A stretch of 64,000 nt of DNA from a bacterium (GCA_035402825.1 DAONDZ010000004.1:8456-72455), one strand, 5' to 3'. Shown: positions 46,488-55,854, counted from the stretch's first letter. The notes: generated by a model not told the origin, from the letters alone. Numbers and translations are program-made.

Positions 46488-47678
46488 CTAGTTTTGGACA
46501 CACCGAATAGAAAAACCGTTACTTCGAACATCAACGCCTCGATAAATTGATGCGTAACTTGCATTTAAATGCCGTATCCAAGAATTTGATCCATTCATTG
46601 ATGACGACCAAAAAGAGGCCCAGATACCAGGACCATAGAAGGGCCCGCCCTGATAACAAACTCCGCCCAGAATGGCATCAAATCCAGAGCCACCACTAAC
46701 CTTTAATTTATTGCCAGCGTTAGCGCAACCAAAATCATTGTAGCGATTGGCATCGCAACTGGTGTCGGTTAAATATTGATCTAAAGTATTTAGTTCGGCG
46801 TCAGATGGAACGTGCCAGCCGGAAGGGCAGATACCTTGGGCGCCTTCTGAGGTGGAATATTGCATAGCTTCATCCCACTGGTAAAAACCTCCGGCCGCTT
46901 GGCAATTACCACCAATATTGTCAAAACAGTATTTTTCTAAAGTTGGTCCACTGCTTTGGCTGGTACCTCCATTAACAATAGCACCAAGGTTCATATTTTG
47001 TTTCATCCAACACTGAGTCCCAATTGTGACAGTGTCATAAGTGCAGGTATCATAATCCGGGGCATCGGCATTACAGGTATGGCCCAAGAGAGAGGTAATA
47101 GTAACTTGATCGCCACAAGCGAAAGGAGGAGTAGCACAGGTGCCACTAATACAAACATCGTTACCAGTACAAGTACCACAGCTTCCGCCGCAACCATCAT
47201 CACCACAATTCTTGCCGGAACAATCAAGAATGCAACCCCCTCCACCACCACAAGCCGCCATCCCACTAGGGGTGGCACAAAGCTCACCGGCAGCAAGAGA
47301 ACCCACTACTCCACCAGTACAGAAGGTCAGGGTATATGATTCACCACTATTATCCTGGGTATAAGAGAAAGAGTTGGTAGTAGAGTCACAGCTACCATCA
47401 GCTGGGGAGGGGGCTGAGGGAATGGTGGTGAGATAGGTCTGACCATTATACTCTAAAGAGCCACTAGCCCATTCTAGATCAGTGGGGTATCTACCAGCAT
47501 CATTGAAGAATAGCTCTAAAGCCGTACTGATCTGTTTAACATCAGCCACCCTCTTAGCATCTCTAGACTTAGCCCTGGCACTATTTAAAGCAATGACTGA
47601 CAGAGTAGCCAATAGTCCAATAATGGCTATCACTACCAATAGTTCTACTAGGGTGAAGGCTTTCTTGTTGGAAGCCAT
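46488..47678 (-). CDS. Prepilin-type N-terminus + Cys/Gly-rich module + FISUMP domain
   Basis: MASNKKAFTLVELLVVIAIIGLLA; CGGGGGCILDCSGKNCGDDGCGGSCGTCTGNDVC; IGTQCWMKQNMN...GGFYQWDEA...GICPSGWHVPSDAELNTL...FSIRCVQN. Confidence 0.8.
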   Translation of the reverse strand: MASNKKAFTLVELLVVIAIIGLLATLSVIALNSARAKSRDAKRVADVKQISTALELFFNDAGRYPTDLEWASGSLEYNGQTYLTTIPSAPSPADGSCDSTTNSFSYTQDNSGESYTLTFCTGGVVGSLAAGELCATPSGMAACGGGGGCILDCSGKNCGDDGCGGSCGTCTGNDVCISGTCATPPFACGDQVTITSLLGHTCNADAPDYDTCTYDTVTIGTQCWMKQNMNLGAIVNGGTSQSSGPTLEKYCFDNIGGNCQAAGGFYQWDEAMQYSTSEGAQGICPSGWHVPSDAELNTLDQYLTDTSCDANRYNDFGCANAGNKLKVSGGSGFDAILGGVCYQGGPFYGPGIWASFWSSSMNGSNSWIRHLNASYASIYRGVDVRSNGFSIRCVQN

Positions 47679-47719
47679 AGAATAAAATATTATTAGGGTA
47701 TTATAGCGCTTATCTCTAA

Positions 47720-48583
47720 TTATATCAAATCAGACAAACAAAAAAAATCCATGGCGGTCCTTAGAGTCTTGCTCCCCACCTCTTCTTGGCTTAATCCCTT
47801 CACTTCCCCAATTTTTTTAGCTACGTATTGGACATAGGCTGGCTCATTCCGCTTCCCGCGCAAAGGCACTGGCGTCAAGTAGGGAGAGTCGGTTTCAATC
47901 ATCATTTTTTCCAAAGGGATTTCTTTAATCACCTCATCCCATTGATGACTGAAAGTAATAATACCGGTGAAAGAAATTAACAACCCGAGATCAATATACT
48001 TTCGCGCTAAATTTAAATCGCCCGAAAAACAATGAATGACTCCCCAAGGTTTTTCCCCCAGACCATTCTTTGCTTGATAATCTTGTAATAAAGGATAAAG
48101 ATCGTCATGAGCTTCACGACAATGAATAATAACTGGTAAATTTAGCTCTTGGGCTAAGTCTAGTTGTCGAATAAAGACTTCTTTCTGTTTTTGTTTCTGT
48201 AAATCGGCATCTTTATTCGGATTGAGGTGATAATAATCCAAACCGACCTCACCAATAGCAACCACCTTAGGGCTCTTCCCTAGATCCAGATATTCTTGAT
48301 AATTAAACTCCTCACCACGAGACTGGAAGGCATAATCGCCTTCTTCGCTGTGATTTTCCACTAACGCTTGCTCTAAATGAATCGGATGCAGACCAATAGT
48401 GGCATAAACACCGCTTGGATGTTTTTGCGCGCGATCAATAGCACGTTTTGAAGTTTTAGTTTCCGAACCGACAATAATAACGGCGGTCTTAGCCGCCAAA
48501 GATCGGTCCAGTGCTTGATCAGCGTCCTCTTGAAAATCTTTAAAATTCAAATGGCAGTGAGTATCAATATATTGATAATTCAT
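47720..48583 (-). CDS. TatD-family metal-dependent hydrolase/DNase
   Basis: IDTHCHLNF, IGEVGLDY, IHCR, HCFSG, ETDSPYL. Confidence 0.85.
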   Translation of the reverse strand: MNYQYIDTHCHLNFKDFQEDADQALDRSLAAKTAVIIVGSETKTSKRAIDRAQKHPSGVYATIGLHPIHLEQALVENHSEEGDYAFQSRGEEFNYQEYLDLGKSPKVVAIGEVGLDYYHLNPNKDADLQKQKQKEVFIRQLDLAQELNLPVIIHCREAHDDLYPLLQDYQAKNGLGEKPWGVIHCFSGDLNLARKYIDLGLLISFTGIITFSHQWDEVIKEIPLEKMMIETDSPYLTPVPLRGKRNEPAYVQYVAKKIGEVKGLSQEEVGSKTLRTAMDFFCLSDLI

Positions 48584-48584
48584 A

Positions 48585-49649
48585 TTAGATGTTTAACCCT
48601 TCCAAAACTTTTTCCGCTCCCCGACTGATATTTTTAGGAATAATAATTTTAATATTTACCAAATGATCGCCGCGGCCACGACTATGCAGACGATGCGATC
48701 CATGCTCCTTGATCCTGAAAGTAGTATTGGGTTGGGTGCCAGCTGGAATTTTTAAAGTCACCGGTCCATCAACCGTATCGACTTCAATCTTATCTCCTAA
48801 AATGGCCTGCTTAACCCCGATTTCTTCTTGGCTTAAAATATTATCATTATCCCGAACAAATTTCTTGTGCTCTTTGACCCTGATATGCAAGAATAGATCA
48901 CCAAAGTTTCCACCCTTTACCCCGGCCTCACCTTGATCCTTCAATCTGATAGTCTCCCCATTGTTAATCCCGGCTGGAATTTTTACCTTTATCTTGGCCT
49001 GCTCGCGAACTATACCGCGGCCAGAGCATTGGTCGCAGAGACGTGAATATTTTTTCCCCTCTCCCTGACAATCAGGACAAATGGTTTCTACTTGGACACT
49101 GCCTAAAATAGTCCGTTGCAAACGCACCACGCGACCACGACCGCCGCAACTGCGACAATCCTCCACTTTAGCCTTGGGGTCGCCACCGGTCCCTCGACAA
49201 TCAGGACAAACGGTATGGCGCTGATAGCTAATCTCTTTTTGGGTACCAAAAACCGCTTCGGCGAAATCAATGGTTAAAGCCATTTCCAGACTACGGCCAT
49301 CGTGATTAGGCGTAGCACTACGACGACCTTGGCCGAAGCCAAACATATCAGAAAAACCACCAAACATATCACCGATATCACCAAAATCGAAATTAGCGTT
49401 TCCCTGATTGAAGTTCTGCCAATTAAACCCATTGCCGCCGGAGAAAGACTCCGAACCGAAGCGGTCATACTGCTGGCGCTTCTCGGGATTGTTGAGGACT
49501 TGATAGGCTTCATTAATTTCCTTAAATTTTTCTTGATCACCGCCTTTGTCCGGATGATGCTCATGAGCCAACTTACGGAAAGCAACCTTAATCTGATCAG
49601 CATTGGCTGATTTATCAACTCCTAAAATTTTATAATAATCCTTGGACAT
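48585..49649 (-). CDS. dnaJ: Chaperone DnaJ
   Basis: J-domain with HPD, G/F region, four CxxCxGxG repeats. Confidence 0.95.
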   Translation of the reverse strand: MSKDYYKILGVDKSANADQIKVAFRKLAHEHHPDKGGDQEKFKEINEAYQVLNNPEKRQQYDRFGSESFSGGNGFNWQNFNQGNANFDFGDIGDMFGGFSDMFGFGQGRRSATPNHDGRSLEMALTIDFAEAVFGTQKEISYQRHTVCPDCRGTGGDPKAKVEDCRSCGGRGRVVRLQRTILGSVQVETICPDCQGEGKKYSRLCDQCSGRGIVREQAKIKVKIPAGINNGETIRLKDQGEAGVKGGNFGDLFLHIRVKEHKKFVRDNDNILSQEEIGVKQAILGDKIEVDTVDGPVTLKIPAGTQPNTTFRIKEHGSHRLHSRGRGDHLVNIKIIIPKNISRGAEKVLEGLNI

Positions 49650-49721
49650 AAATAAAAGGTGGATTTAATAAGTCTTAAATTATTCTTTAGCGTTTCTTCA
49701 TGACCTATTTGTAATAATAAT

Positions 49722-49795
49722 TCTGTGGGGGCGGCAGGCGCAAGACTGGACTCGTCACTCTAAGCCTTCCGGGTTCAACTCCCGGCGCCTCCACA
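49722..49795 (+). ncRNA. Candidate tRNA-Ala/tmRNA-like minihelix RNA (acceptor + T-arm only)
   Basis: 11-bp closing helix ctgtgggggcg/cgcctccacag (G:U at acceptor position 3:70), T-arm ccggg-ttcaact-cccgg, no D or anticodon arm; antisense to dnaK-dnaJ spacer. Confidence 0.3.
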
Positions 49796-49871
49796 GGGAG
49801 AAAATTGACTTTCTCTCTAAAAAGACTATACTAATATCAAGTGACGAGTCTATACTTCGCCTGTAAGGCAA

Positions 49872-49899
49872 TAAAAACTACCCCGTCAGGGGTGGTTTT
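49872..49899. terminator. Bidirectional terminator after dnaK
   Basis: ctacccc-gtca-ggggtgg with A-run/T-run. Confidence 0.75.
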
Positions 49900-49912
49900 T
49901 ATATTAGCCTAA

Positions 49913-51802
49913 TTATTTCTTATCTTCCACTTCGCCCTCCACTACATTTTCTTCATTTTTAGGAGTCTCACCGGCAGCCGGCTGTTCATTATTCGGTTGC
50001 GCATTATTCTGATACATAGCAGTACCAATTCTTTGCGCCACAACAGTCAGTTCTTCCAATTTCTTTTTCATCTCTTCATACTGCTCGCCGTCTTTAACCG
50101 CTTTTAGGGCCGCTAATTTTTCTTCCAATTCAGTCTTGTCTTCCGGCTTCATTTTATCGCCGCTTTCCTTGATTAGTTTATCAGTGGAAAAGCAAACCGC
50201 ATCAGCCTGATTCTTGATATCAATATTTTCTCGTTTTTTCTTATCTTCTTCAGCATGTAGTTCGGCTTCCTTCTTCATCTTCTCCACTTCTTCTTTAGAC
50301 AATCCGGAAGAAGCGGTAATGGTGATCTGCTGTTTTTTGCCGGTCGCCTTGTCAGTGGCAGAAACATTCAAGATGCCGTTGGCATCAATATCAAATTTCA
50401 CTTCCACTTGCGGCACGCCGCGCGGAGCAGACGGAATACCGTCTAAGATGAAACGACCCAAAGTCTTGTTATCTGCGGCCATCGGTCTTTCGCCTTGCAA
50501 AATATGAATTTCCACGCTCGGCTGATTATCAGCGGCCGTGGAGAAAATCTGCGACTTAGAAGTTGGGATAGTAGTATTTCTTTCAATTAAAGGAGTGGAG
50601 ACGGAGCCCAAAGTTTCAATGCCTAGAGTCAAAGGGGTGACATCTAAAAGCAAAATGTCTTTGACATCGCCTTGCAAGACACCGGCTTGAACAGCGGCGC
50701 CTAAGGCCACCACTTCATCCGGGTTAACAGTCAAGTTCGGTTCTTTGCCGAAAAACTCTTTGACTTTCTGTTGAACCAAAGGCATGCGAGTCATGCCGCC
50801 CACCATTAATACTTCATTAATATCATTGAGAGAAAAGCCCGAATCGGTTAAAGCCTTTTTGCAGGGCTCAATAGTCTTTTCCACTAAATCCATCACTAAA
50901 GATTCCATCTTGGCCCGAGTTAATTTTATCACCAAATGCTTGGGGCCATTCTGGTCGGTAGTGATAAAAGGTTGATTGATTTCAGTTTCGTTAGTAGTGG
51001 ATAATTCAATCTTGGCTTTCTCGGCTGATTCCTTGATTCTTTGCAAAGCTAAAGTATCCTTAGACAAATCAATGCCTTGATCTTTTTTAAACTCTTCAAT
51101 AATCCAATCAATCAAGCGCTTGTCAAAATCTTCACCGCCTAAATGAGTGTCGCCGTTGGTGGCGCGCACTTCAACAGTATCCGCAGAGATGTCCAAAACT
51201 GAAACATCAAAAGTACCGCCGCCTAAATCATAGACCACTATTTTCTGACCTTGCTTCTTGTCAAAGCCATAGGCTAAAGCAGCCGCGGTCGGTTCGTTAA
51301 TAATTCTTTTGACATCCAAACCGGCAATTTGGCCGGCGTCCTTAGTAGCCTGACGCTGAGAGTCATCGAAATAAGCCGGGACGGTAATAATCGCTTCGGT
51401 AATCGGTTCACCCAGTTTAGCTTCGGCATCGGCTTTCAATTTAGATAGAATCATGGCCGAAACTTCTTGCGGCGTATGCTCCTGGCCGTTCATTAAGACC
51501 TTAATACCAGAACCTGAAGCCACAATCTTATAAGGCATAGTTTCCTCATCGCGTTTTACCTCCGGATCGTCACTGCGGCGACCGATTAAGCGCTTAACGG
51601 CATAAACGGTATTTTCCGGATTAATCACAGCTTGGCGTTTGGCGGTCTGGCCGACTAAACGTTCACCGTTCTTAGCTACCGCCACGATAGACGGAGTAGT
51701 TCGATTGCCTTCAATGTTTTCAATAATTTTGGGAGCGCCGCCCTCCATGATAGCCATGGCGCAATTGGTGGTGCCCAAATCGATACCTAGAATTTTTCCC
51801 AT
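49913..51802 (-). CDS. dnaK: Chaperone DnaK (Hsp70)
   Basis: [17 protein letters not shown], full length 629 aa. Confidence 0.97.
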   Translation of the reverse strand: MGKILGIDLGTTNCAMAIMEGGAPKIIENIEGNRTTPSIVAVAKNGERLVGQTAKRQAVINPENTVYAVKRLIGRRSDDPEVKRDEETMPYKIVASGSGIKVLMNGQEHTPQEVSAMILSKLKADAEAKLGEPITEAIITVPAYFDDSQRQATKDAGQIAGLDVKRIINEPTAAALAYGFDKKQGQKIVVYDLGGGTFDVSVLDISADTVEVRATNGDTHLGGEDFDKRLIDWIIEEFKKDQGIDLSKDTLALQRIKESAEKAKIELSTTNETEINQPFITTDQNGPKHLVIKLTRAKMESLVMDLVEKTIEPCKKALTDSGFSLNDINEVLMVGGMTRMPLVQQKVKEFFGKEPNLTVNPDEVVALGAAVQAGVLQGDVKDILLLDVTPLTLGIETLGSVSTPLIERNTTIPTSKSQIFSTAADNQPSVEIHILQGERPMAADNKTLGRFILDGIPSAPRGVPQVEVKFDIDANGILNVSATDKATGKKQQITITASSGLSKEEVEKMKKEAELHAEEDKKKRENIDIKNQADAVCFSTDKLIKESGDKMKPEDKTELEEKLAALKAVKDGEQYEEMKKKLEELTVVAQRIGTAMYQNNAQPNNEQPAAGETPKNEENVVEGEVEDKK

Positions 51803-51814
51803 ATCTTTTTTATA

Positions 51815-52018
51815 TTAATTATTTTCTAAACTATTAATTAAAGTTTGATTATGCAGATCATTTTGAATCTCTAAATTATTCAAATCTGCTTTGATTTCCG
51901 CTTTCTGTTCTGGACTATTAAACCAGCCGCCTTGAGTAATGCCCCAAGTAAACAGCAGAGCGATAATAGCCACTGCGAGCAGTAAAACGATGAGACTGAA
52001 ACCTTTTTGACTGTTCAT
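51815..52018 (-). CDS. Pilin-like micro-protein (67 aa) lacking Glu5
   Basis: MNSQKGFSLIVLLLAVAIIALLF; 2 nt after hsp20 and 12 nt before dnaK. Confidence 0.5.
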   Translation of the reverse strand: MNSQKGFSLIVLLLAVAIIALLFTWGITQGGWFNSPEQKAEIKADLNNLEIQNDLHNQTLINSLENN

Positions 52019-52020
52019 AG

Positions 52021-52458
52021 TTATTTCTTTTGGGTTTGAATTTTAATGGCTTTCGGCTCGGCGGTCGGGGCTTTAGGGATAGAGACTTTTAAGATACCAT
52101 TAGCGGTAATGGCACTGGCCTTATCGCCTAAAACTTTGGCCGGCAAAGGAATAGAGCGGAAAAAGGAACCGCGGCGAATTTCTTGGCGGTAATAATTCTT
52201 GTCTTCCACCTCGCTCTTCTTTTCACTTTCTCCTTTAATGGTCAAAACGTCATTATCAACCGTCAAATCAACTTTCTCCGGATCAATACCGGCTAATTGG
52301 GTTTCCACTATCACTTGGTCTTTATCCTCATACATATCAATAGCCGGGGTAAAGCCCATTTGATTGCCGCGCACGGCGGGCAAATTCTCTGAGAACATTT
52401 TTTCCATGTCCTCAAAGGAATTGTCAGCCCAGAATGGAGTCCATTTGATTAAGGACAT
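52021..52458 (-). CDS. Small heat-shock protein (Hsp20/alpha-crystallin)
   Basis: alpha-crystallin domain, GILKVSIPK. Confidence 0.9.
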   Translation of the reverse strand: MSLIKWTPFWADNSFEDMEKMFSENLPAVRGNQMGFTPAIDMYEDKDQVIVETQLAGIDPEKVDLTVDNDVLTIKGESEKKSEVEDKNYYRQEIRRGSFFRSIPLPAKVLGDKASAITANGILKVSIPKAPTAEPKAIKIQTQKK

Positions 52459-52521
52459 AAATTAATTTAGGCAGAATTAAAACTTGAATTTCAAGTAGAT
52501 AATAATGCCGCTCTTTATATA

Positions 52522-52980
52522 TTATTCTTTAACTGTTACTTTAGCGGGAATAATCACTTTGCCTCTGAGGCGATAACCGGCTTTCACTTCTTTCTCCACT
52601 GTTTCGCCTTGGCCGGAAATAGCTTCCATGCATTCGGGATCAAACTTCTCTCCCAAAACCGCTATCTCGGTGACGCCCTTCTGTTCTAATAAATCCTTGA
52701 ACTGTTTTAAAACATGCTGCACGCCGACTACCCAGGGGCTCTGTGCTTCGGTCTCACTTAATCCAGTCACCGCTAATTTCAAATGATCATAGACCGGCAG
52801 CAGGTCGTGGAGAAAATCGGTCAAGGCGAATTGATAGAATTCGCTCTTGTCTTTATCTACTTGCCGCAACAGATTTTGATAATCAGCTAAAGCGCGGAGA
52901 TATTTCTCATTCAACTCTTTGTCGCCTTCCGGCTCCGGAGTTACTTCAGTTTCTTTTTTTTCCTCGGACATATTACTCAT
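52522..52980 (-). CDS. grpE: Nucleotide exchange factor GrpE
   Basis: YLRALADYQN, FDPECMEAI, operon context. Confidence 0.9.
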   Translation of the reverse strand: MSNMSEEKKETEVTPEPEGDKELNEKYLRALADYQNLLRQVDKDKSEFYQFALTDFLHDLLPVYDHLKLAVTGLSETEAQSPWVVGVQHVLKQFKDLLEQKGVTEIAVLGEKFDPECMEAISGQGETVEKEVKAGYRLRGKVIIPAKVTVKE

Positions 52981-52990
52981 ATTTAAATCT

Positions 52991-53680
52991 TTATTTTAAT
53001 TTCTCGGCCAAATAATCCATGGCCGCTAAATGGCTTTCATAGTCAGTGCGCAAAGGGCTCAGTATGCCCACTAATCCGGTTTGATTATTCTTCTTGTATT
53101 TTAATAGGATGGCGCTTAAAAAATGACCAAAAGGATTTTCCGCACCAATCAATACCTGTCGTCCTAAAGGCAAGCTTTCAAATAGACCGTCAATAATTTC
53201 CTCCATCCGGTCAATGACTACCGAAACATCACAGACTAAATCCAATTGCTTAAACTCGGCCTGGGAAAATAAATTGGAAAGTCCGGTGTAATATAAATCG
53301 TTTTTGTGAAACGCCCAAAAAACTGCATTGGCCGAAATCTCCGCCAAAGCCTTGGCTGTCGGCCGCAAGCCGCGATCGGTTTCTTCTAGTGAAGCAACGA
53401 TCATCTGTTCATGCTTGCTATTTATCTTCTTCGGTTTTTTTTCAGCTAAGCCCTCCAGATAAAGACGAAAAGCCTTTTCGGTCGGTACTCGGCCGGCGGA
53501 AGTATGAGGCTGATGGATATAGCCTTCCTCTTCCAAAGCCATCATTTCATTTCTCACTGTCGCCGGTGAAGCGGACAATTTATATTTATCCACCAAAATA
53601 CCGGAGCTAACCGGCTGAGCGGTTTGAATATGCTCCTTGATAATGGCTTCTAAAATTATTTGGCGGCGAGCAGAAATCAT
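52991..53680 (-). CDS. hrcA: Heat-inducible repressor HrcA (short, 229 aa)
   Basis: wHTH N-terminus ...PVSSGILVDKYKLSASPATVRNEMMALEEEGYIHQPHTSAGRVPT; CIRCE upstream. Confidence 0.85.
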   Translation of the reverse strand: MISARRQIILEAIIKEHIQTAQPVSSGILVDKYKLSASPATVRNEMMALEEEGYIHQPHTSAGRVPTEKAFRLYLEGLAEKKPKKINSKHEQMIVASLEETDRGLRPTAKALAEISANAVFWAFHKNDLYYTGLSNLFSQAEFKQLDLVCDVSVVIDRMEEIIDGLFESLPLGRQVLIGAENPFGHFLSAILLKYKKNNQTGLVGILSPLRTDYESHLAAMDYLAEKLK

Positions 53681-53701
53681 AGTCTTTTTCTAACATTGCT
53701 T

Positions 53702-53730
53702 ATTATAATCCCCATTAGCACTCCTGTCAA
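53702..53730 (-). promoter_or_regulatory. Consensus sigma70 promoter of hrcA operon
   Basis: Minus strand TTGACA (53730-25) - 17 nt - TATAAT (53707-02). Confidence 0.75.
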
Positions 53731-53741
53731 GAGAGTGCTAA
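53715..53741. promoter_or_regulatory. CIRCE operator (HrcA binding site)
   Basis: TTAGCACTC-N9-GAGTGCTAA perfect inverted repeat. Confidence 0.92.
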
Positions 53742-53771
53742 AAAGCCCTGGCCGTTTCTAGCCAGGGCTTT
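53742..53771 (-). terminator. Terminator of PBP gene, abutting CIRCE
   Basis: aaagccctggc/gccagggcttt hairpin. Confidence 0.7.
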
Positions 53772-53790
53772 AAATCCAGGGATAAATCAG

Positions 53791-55854
53791 CTATTTCCTA
53801 TCGCCAAAATACCAAGTCAAAACCTGGTTGACTATCGGCACGGCAATAGTACTTCCCTCGCCGCCTTCTTCCACTAAAACGGTAATGGCGATAGTGGGCT
53901 GGTCATAGGGGGCAAAGCCGGTAAACCAAGCCATATTAGCTTTAGTACTAGACCATTGAGCGGTACCGGTTTTTCCAGCCACCTCCACCGGCACAGATTG
54001 CAAACTGCGCGCGCTGCCGGCGACAACCGTTTGCCGCATACCGGCTCGGACGATTTTCAAAATATTATCGTCAATAAAATTATTGCGAATCACTTTGGGT
54101 TTAATTTCTTCCAACACTTGTAATTTCTCATTTAAGATATTATTCACTAAACGCGGCTGATATAATGTGCCCCCGTTAGCAATGGCCGCGGTATAATTAG
54201 CCACTTGAAGAGGGGTGGTTAATAGATCGCCCTGACCGATAGAAACATGATAGGTGTCGCCGATATACCAAGCTTCATCTTTGACATCTTCCTTCCACTG
54301 TTCAGTCGGCAAGAAACCGGCCGATTCTCCCGGCAAATCAATGCCGGTTTTTTCTCCTAAACCGAAGAGGGTAAAATATTTATTTATTTTCTCCATGCCC
54401 AATCCCACAAAGTCGTTATAGCCTCCGCCGATATAATAAAAAAAAGTATTGACCGATTCAGCAATGGCTTTTTTGACATCGGTTAATCCGTGCCCGCCGG
54501 CTTTCCAGTCCGGGAAAGACCATTGGCCGATATGCAAACCGCCGGTACTTAACACCGTGGTATTTTCAGTGATAATTTTTTCCGCCAAGGCCGCAGCGGC
54601 CATAACCGGCTTAATGGTGGAGCCGGAAGGAAACTCTCCGGAGATAGCTCGATTAAATAAAGGATGATCGGGGTCAGCGGTTAACTTTTGATAAGCCTGG
54701 GTGCTGATGCCTTTAGCAAAATCATTATTATTATACGGCGGCCAGGAAACTAAAGCTAAAACTTCCCCATTATTAGGATTGATGGCGATCAGACTGCCTC
54801 GACTTTTGCCATTGCGAGCCAAAACATCGGCCAAAACCGATTCAGCTTTCTGCTGTAAATCTAAATCTAAGCTCAGCTGCAAATGATGGCCATTCTGCGG
54901 TTCAACCTGGCTGACAATTTTCTTTTCTCGGCCCAAGGCATCAACTTCAATATTCTTCTTTCCCTTCTCACCCCGCAGTTCATTTTCATAGCTATATTCC
55001 AAACCGGTTTTGCCCAAATAATCAATCGGCGAATAGAGCAAGCGCTGAGCGGCTAATTCTTCGGCATTAATTTTTCCGGTATACCCCAAGATATGCGACA
55101 AGCTCGGCACGCTCAAATCGGCTTCAGAGCTGGTATCGCCATGGCCGCTGAAATAATGACGGCGAATTTTAGTGGCGAGATAAACTCCCGGAGTTCTGTC
55201 AGCTTCTAAATACAAACGCAGAGCGATATCATAATCCAGGTTATCTCCCAAAAACAAAGGCTGATAAGCGTCCAGAGAATTAATTTTTACCTTATCAATT
55301 TGGCTTTTTAAGTCATAAAAAACCGGATCGTCGGCAATCAGCTCTAAATTGCTGGAACTGCTAATAATTTCTCCGGGTTTCCCTCCGGTTAAAATCAAAC
55401 TGAGCCTTTTAATCACTGCGTCCCGCTCCGCCCCATCGGCCGGCAATTGGTTGGGAATCACATAGAGCAGAAAGTTAGCTTCATTGCGCACTAATGGTTT
55501 TAAATTGCGATCATAGATAATGCCGCGCTTAGCTTCAATGTCCACCACCTTCAAGCGGTTGCCCTCGGCTAGAGAATAATAATACTGTCCGCGCACCACT
55601 TGCAGCCAAAAGACTCGGGAAACTAATACTACCAAGAACAAAATCAAAAAGCCAACGATATACCGTCTTTTGTCTAAATCAAAAGTCCGCCGCAGCATGT
55701 CTTTCTCATGATCTCCGGATAAAAAGCTTTCTTCCGCCCAGTTGCTCTGATGCACCGGATCTTCCAGGTTGGCAAAAGGAATCTTGCCGGAGCGAATTAG
55801 GAAAGGATTACTATGACGCTTTTTTTTAATTAAGCTTTCGGGGTTTATCGACAT
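53791..55854 (-). CDS. Class B penicillin-binding protein (PBP2/FtsI-type transpeptidase)
   Basis: N-terminal TM anchor, SGSTIKP (SxxK), SVN, KTGTA. Confidence 0.9.
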   Translation of the reverse strand: MSINPESLIKKKRHSNPFLIRSGKIPFANLEDPVHQSNWAEESFLSGDHEKDMLRRTFDLDKRRYIVGFLILFLVVLVSRVFWLQVVRGQYYYSLAEGNRLKVVDIEAKRGIIYDRNLKPLVRNEANFLLYVIPNQLPADGAERDAVIKRLSLILTGGKPGEIISSSSNLELIADDPVFYDLKSQIDKVKINSLDAYQPLFLGDNLDYDIALRLYLEADRTPGVYLATKIRRHYFSGHGDTSSEADLSVPSLSHILGYTGKINAEELAAQRLLYSPIDYLGKTGLEYSYENELRGEKGKKNIEVDALGREKKIVSQVEPQNGHHLQLSLDLDLQQKAESVLADVLARNGKSRGSLIAINPNNGEVLALVSWPPYNNNDFAKGISTQAYQKLTADPDHPLFNRAISGEFPSGSTIKPVMAAAALAEKIITENTTVLSTGGLHIGQWSFPDWKAGGHGLTDVKKAIAESVNTFFYYIGGGYNDFVGLGMEKINKYFTLFGLGEKTGIDLPGESAGFLPTEQWKEDVKDEAWYIGDTYHVSIGQGDLLTTPLQVANYTAAIANGGTLYQPRLVNNILNEKLQVLEEIKPKVIRNNFIDDNILKIVRAGMRQTVVAGSARSLQSVPVEVAGKTGTAQWSSTKANMAWFTGFAPYDQPTIAITVLVEEGGEGSTIAVPIVNQVLTWYFGDRK

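Noticed and set aside
49650-49912. The dnaK-dnaJ spacer tested as SRP RNA, RNase P RNA, 6S RNA or a second CIRCE element.
   Set aside because: No CIRCE inverted repeat is present. The minus-strand CCGGAAGG lacks the flanking SRP domain-IV consensus (…AGCAGCC…). The spacer is too short and lacks the conserved RNase P motifs. Only the tRNA/tmRNA-like reading on the + strand remains, and it is reported as a hypothesis.
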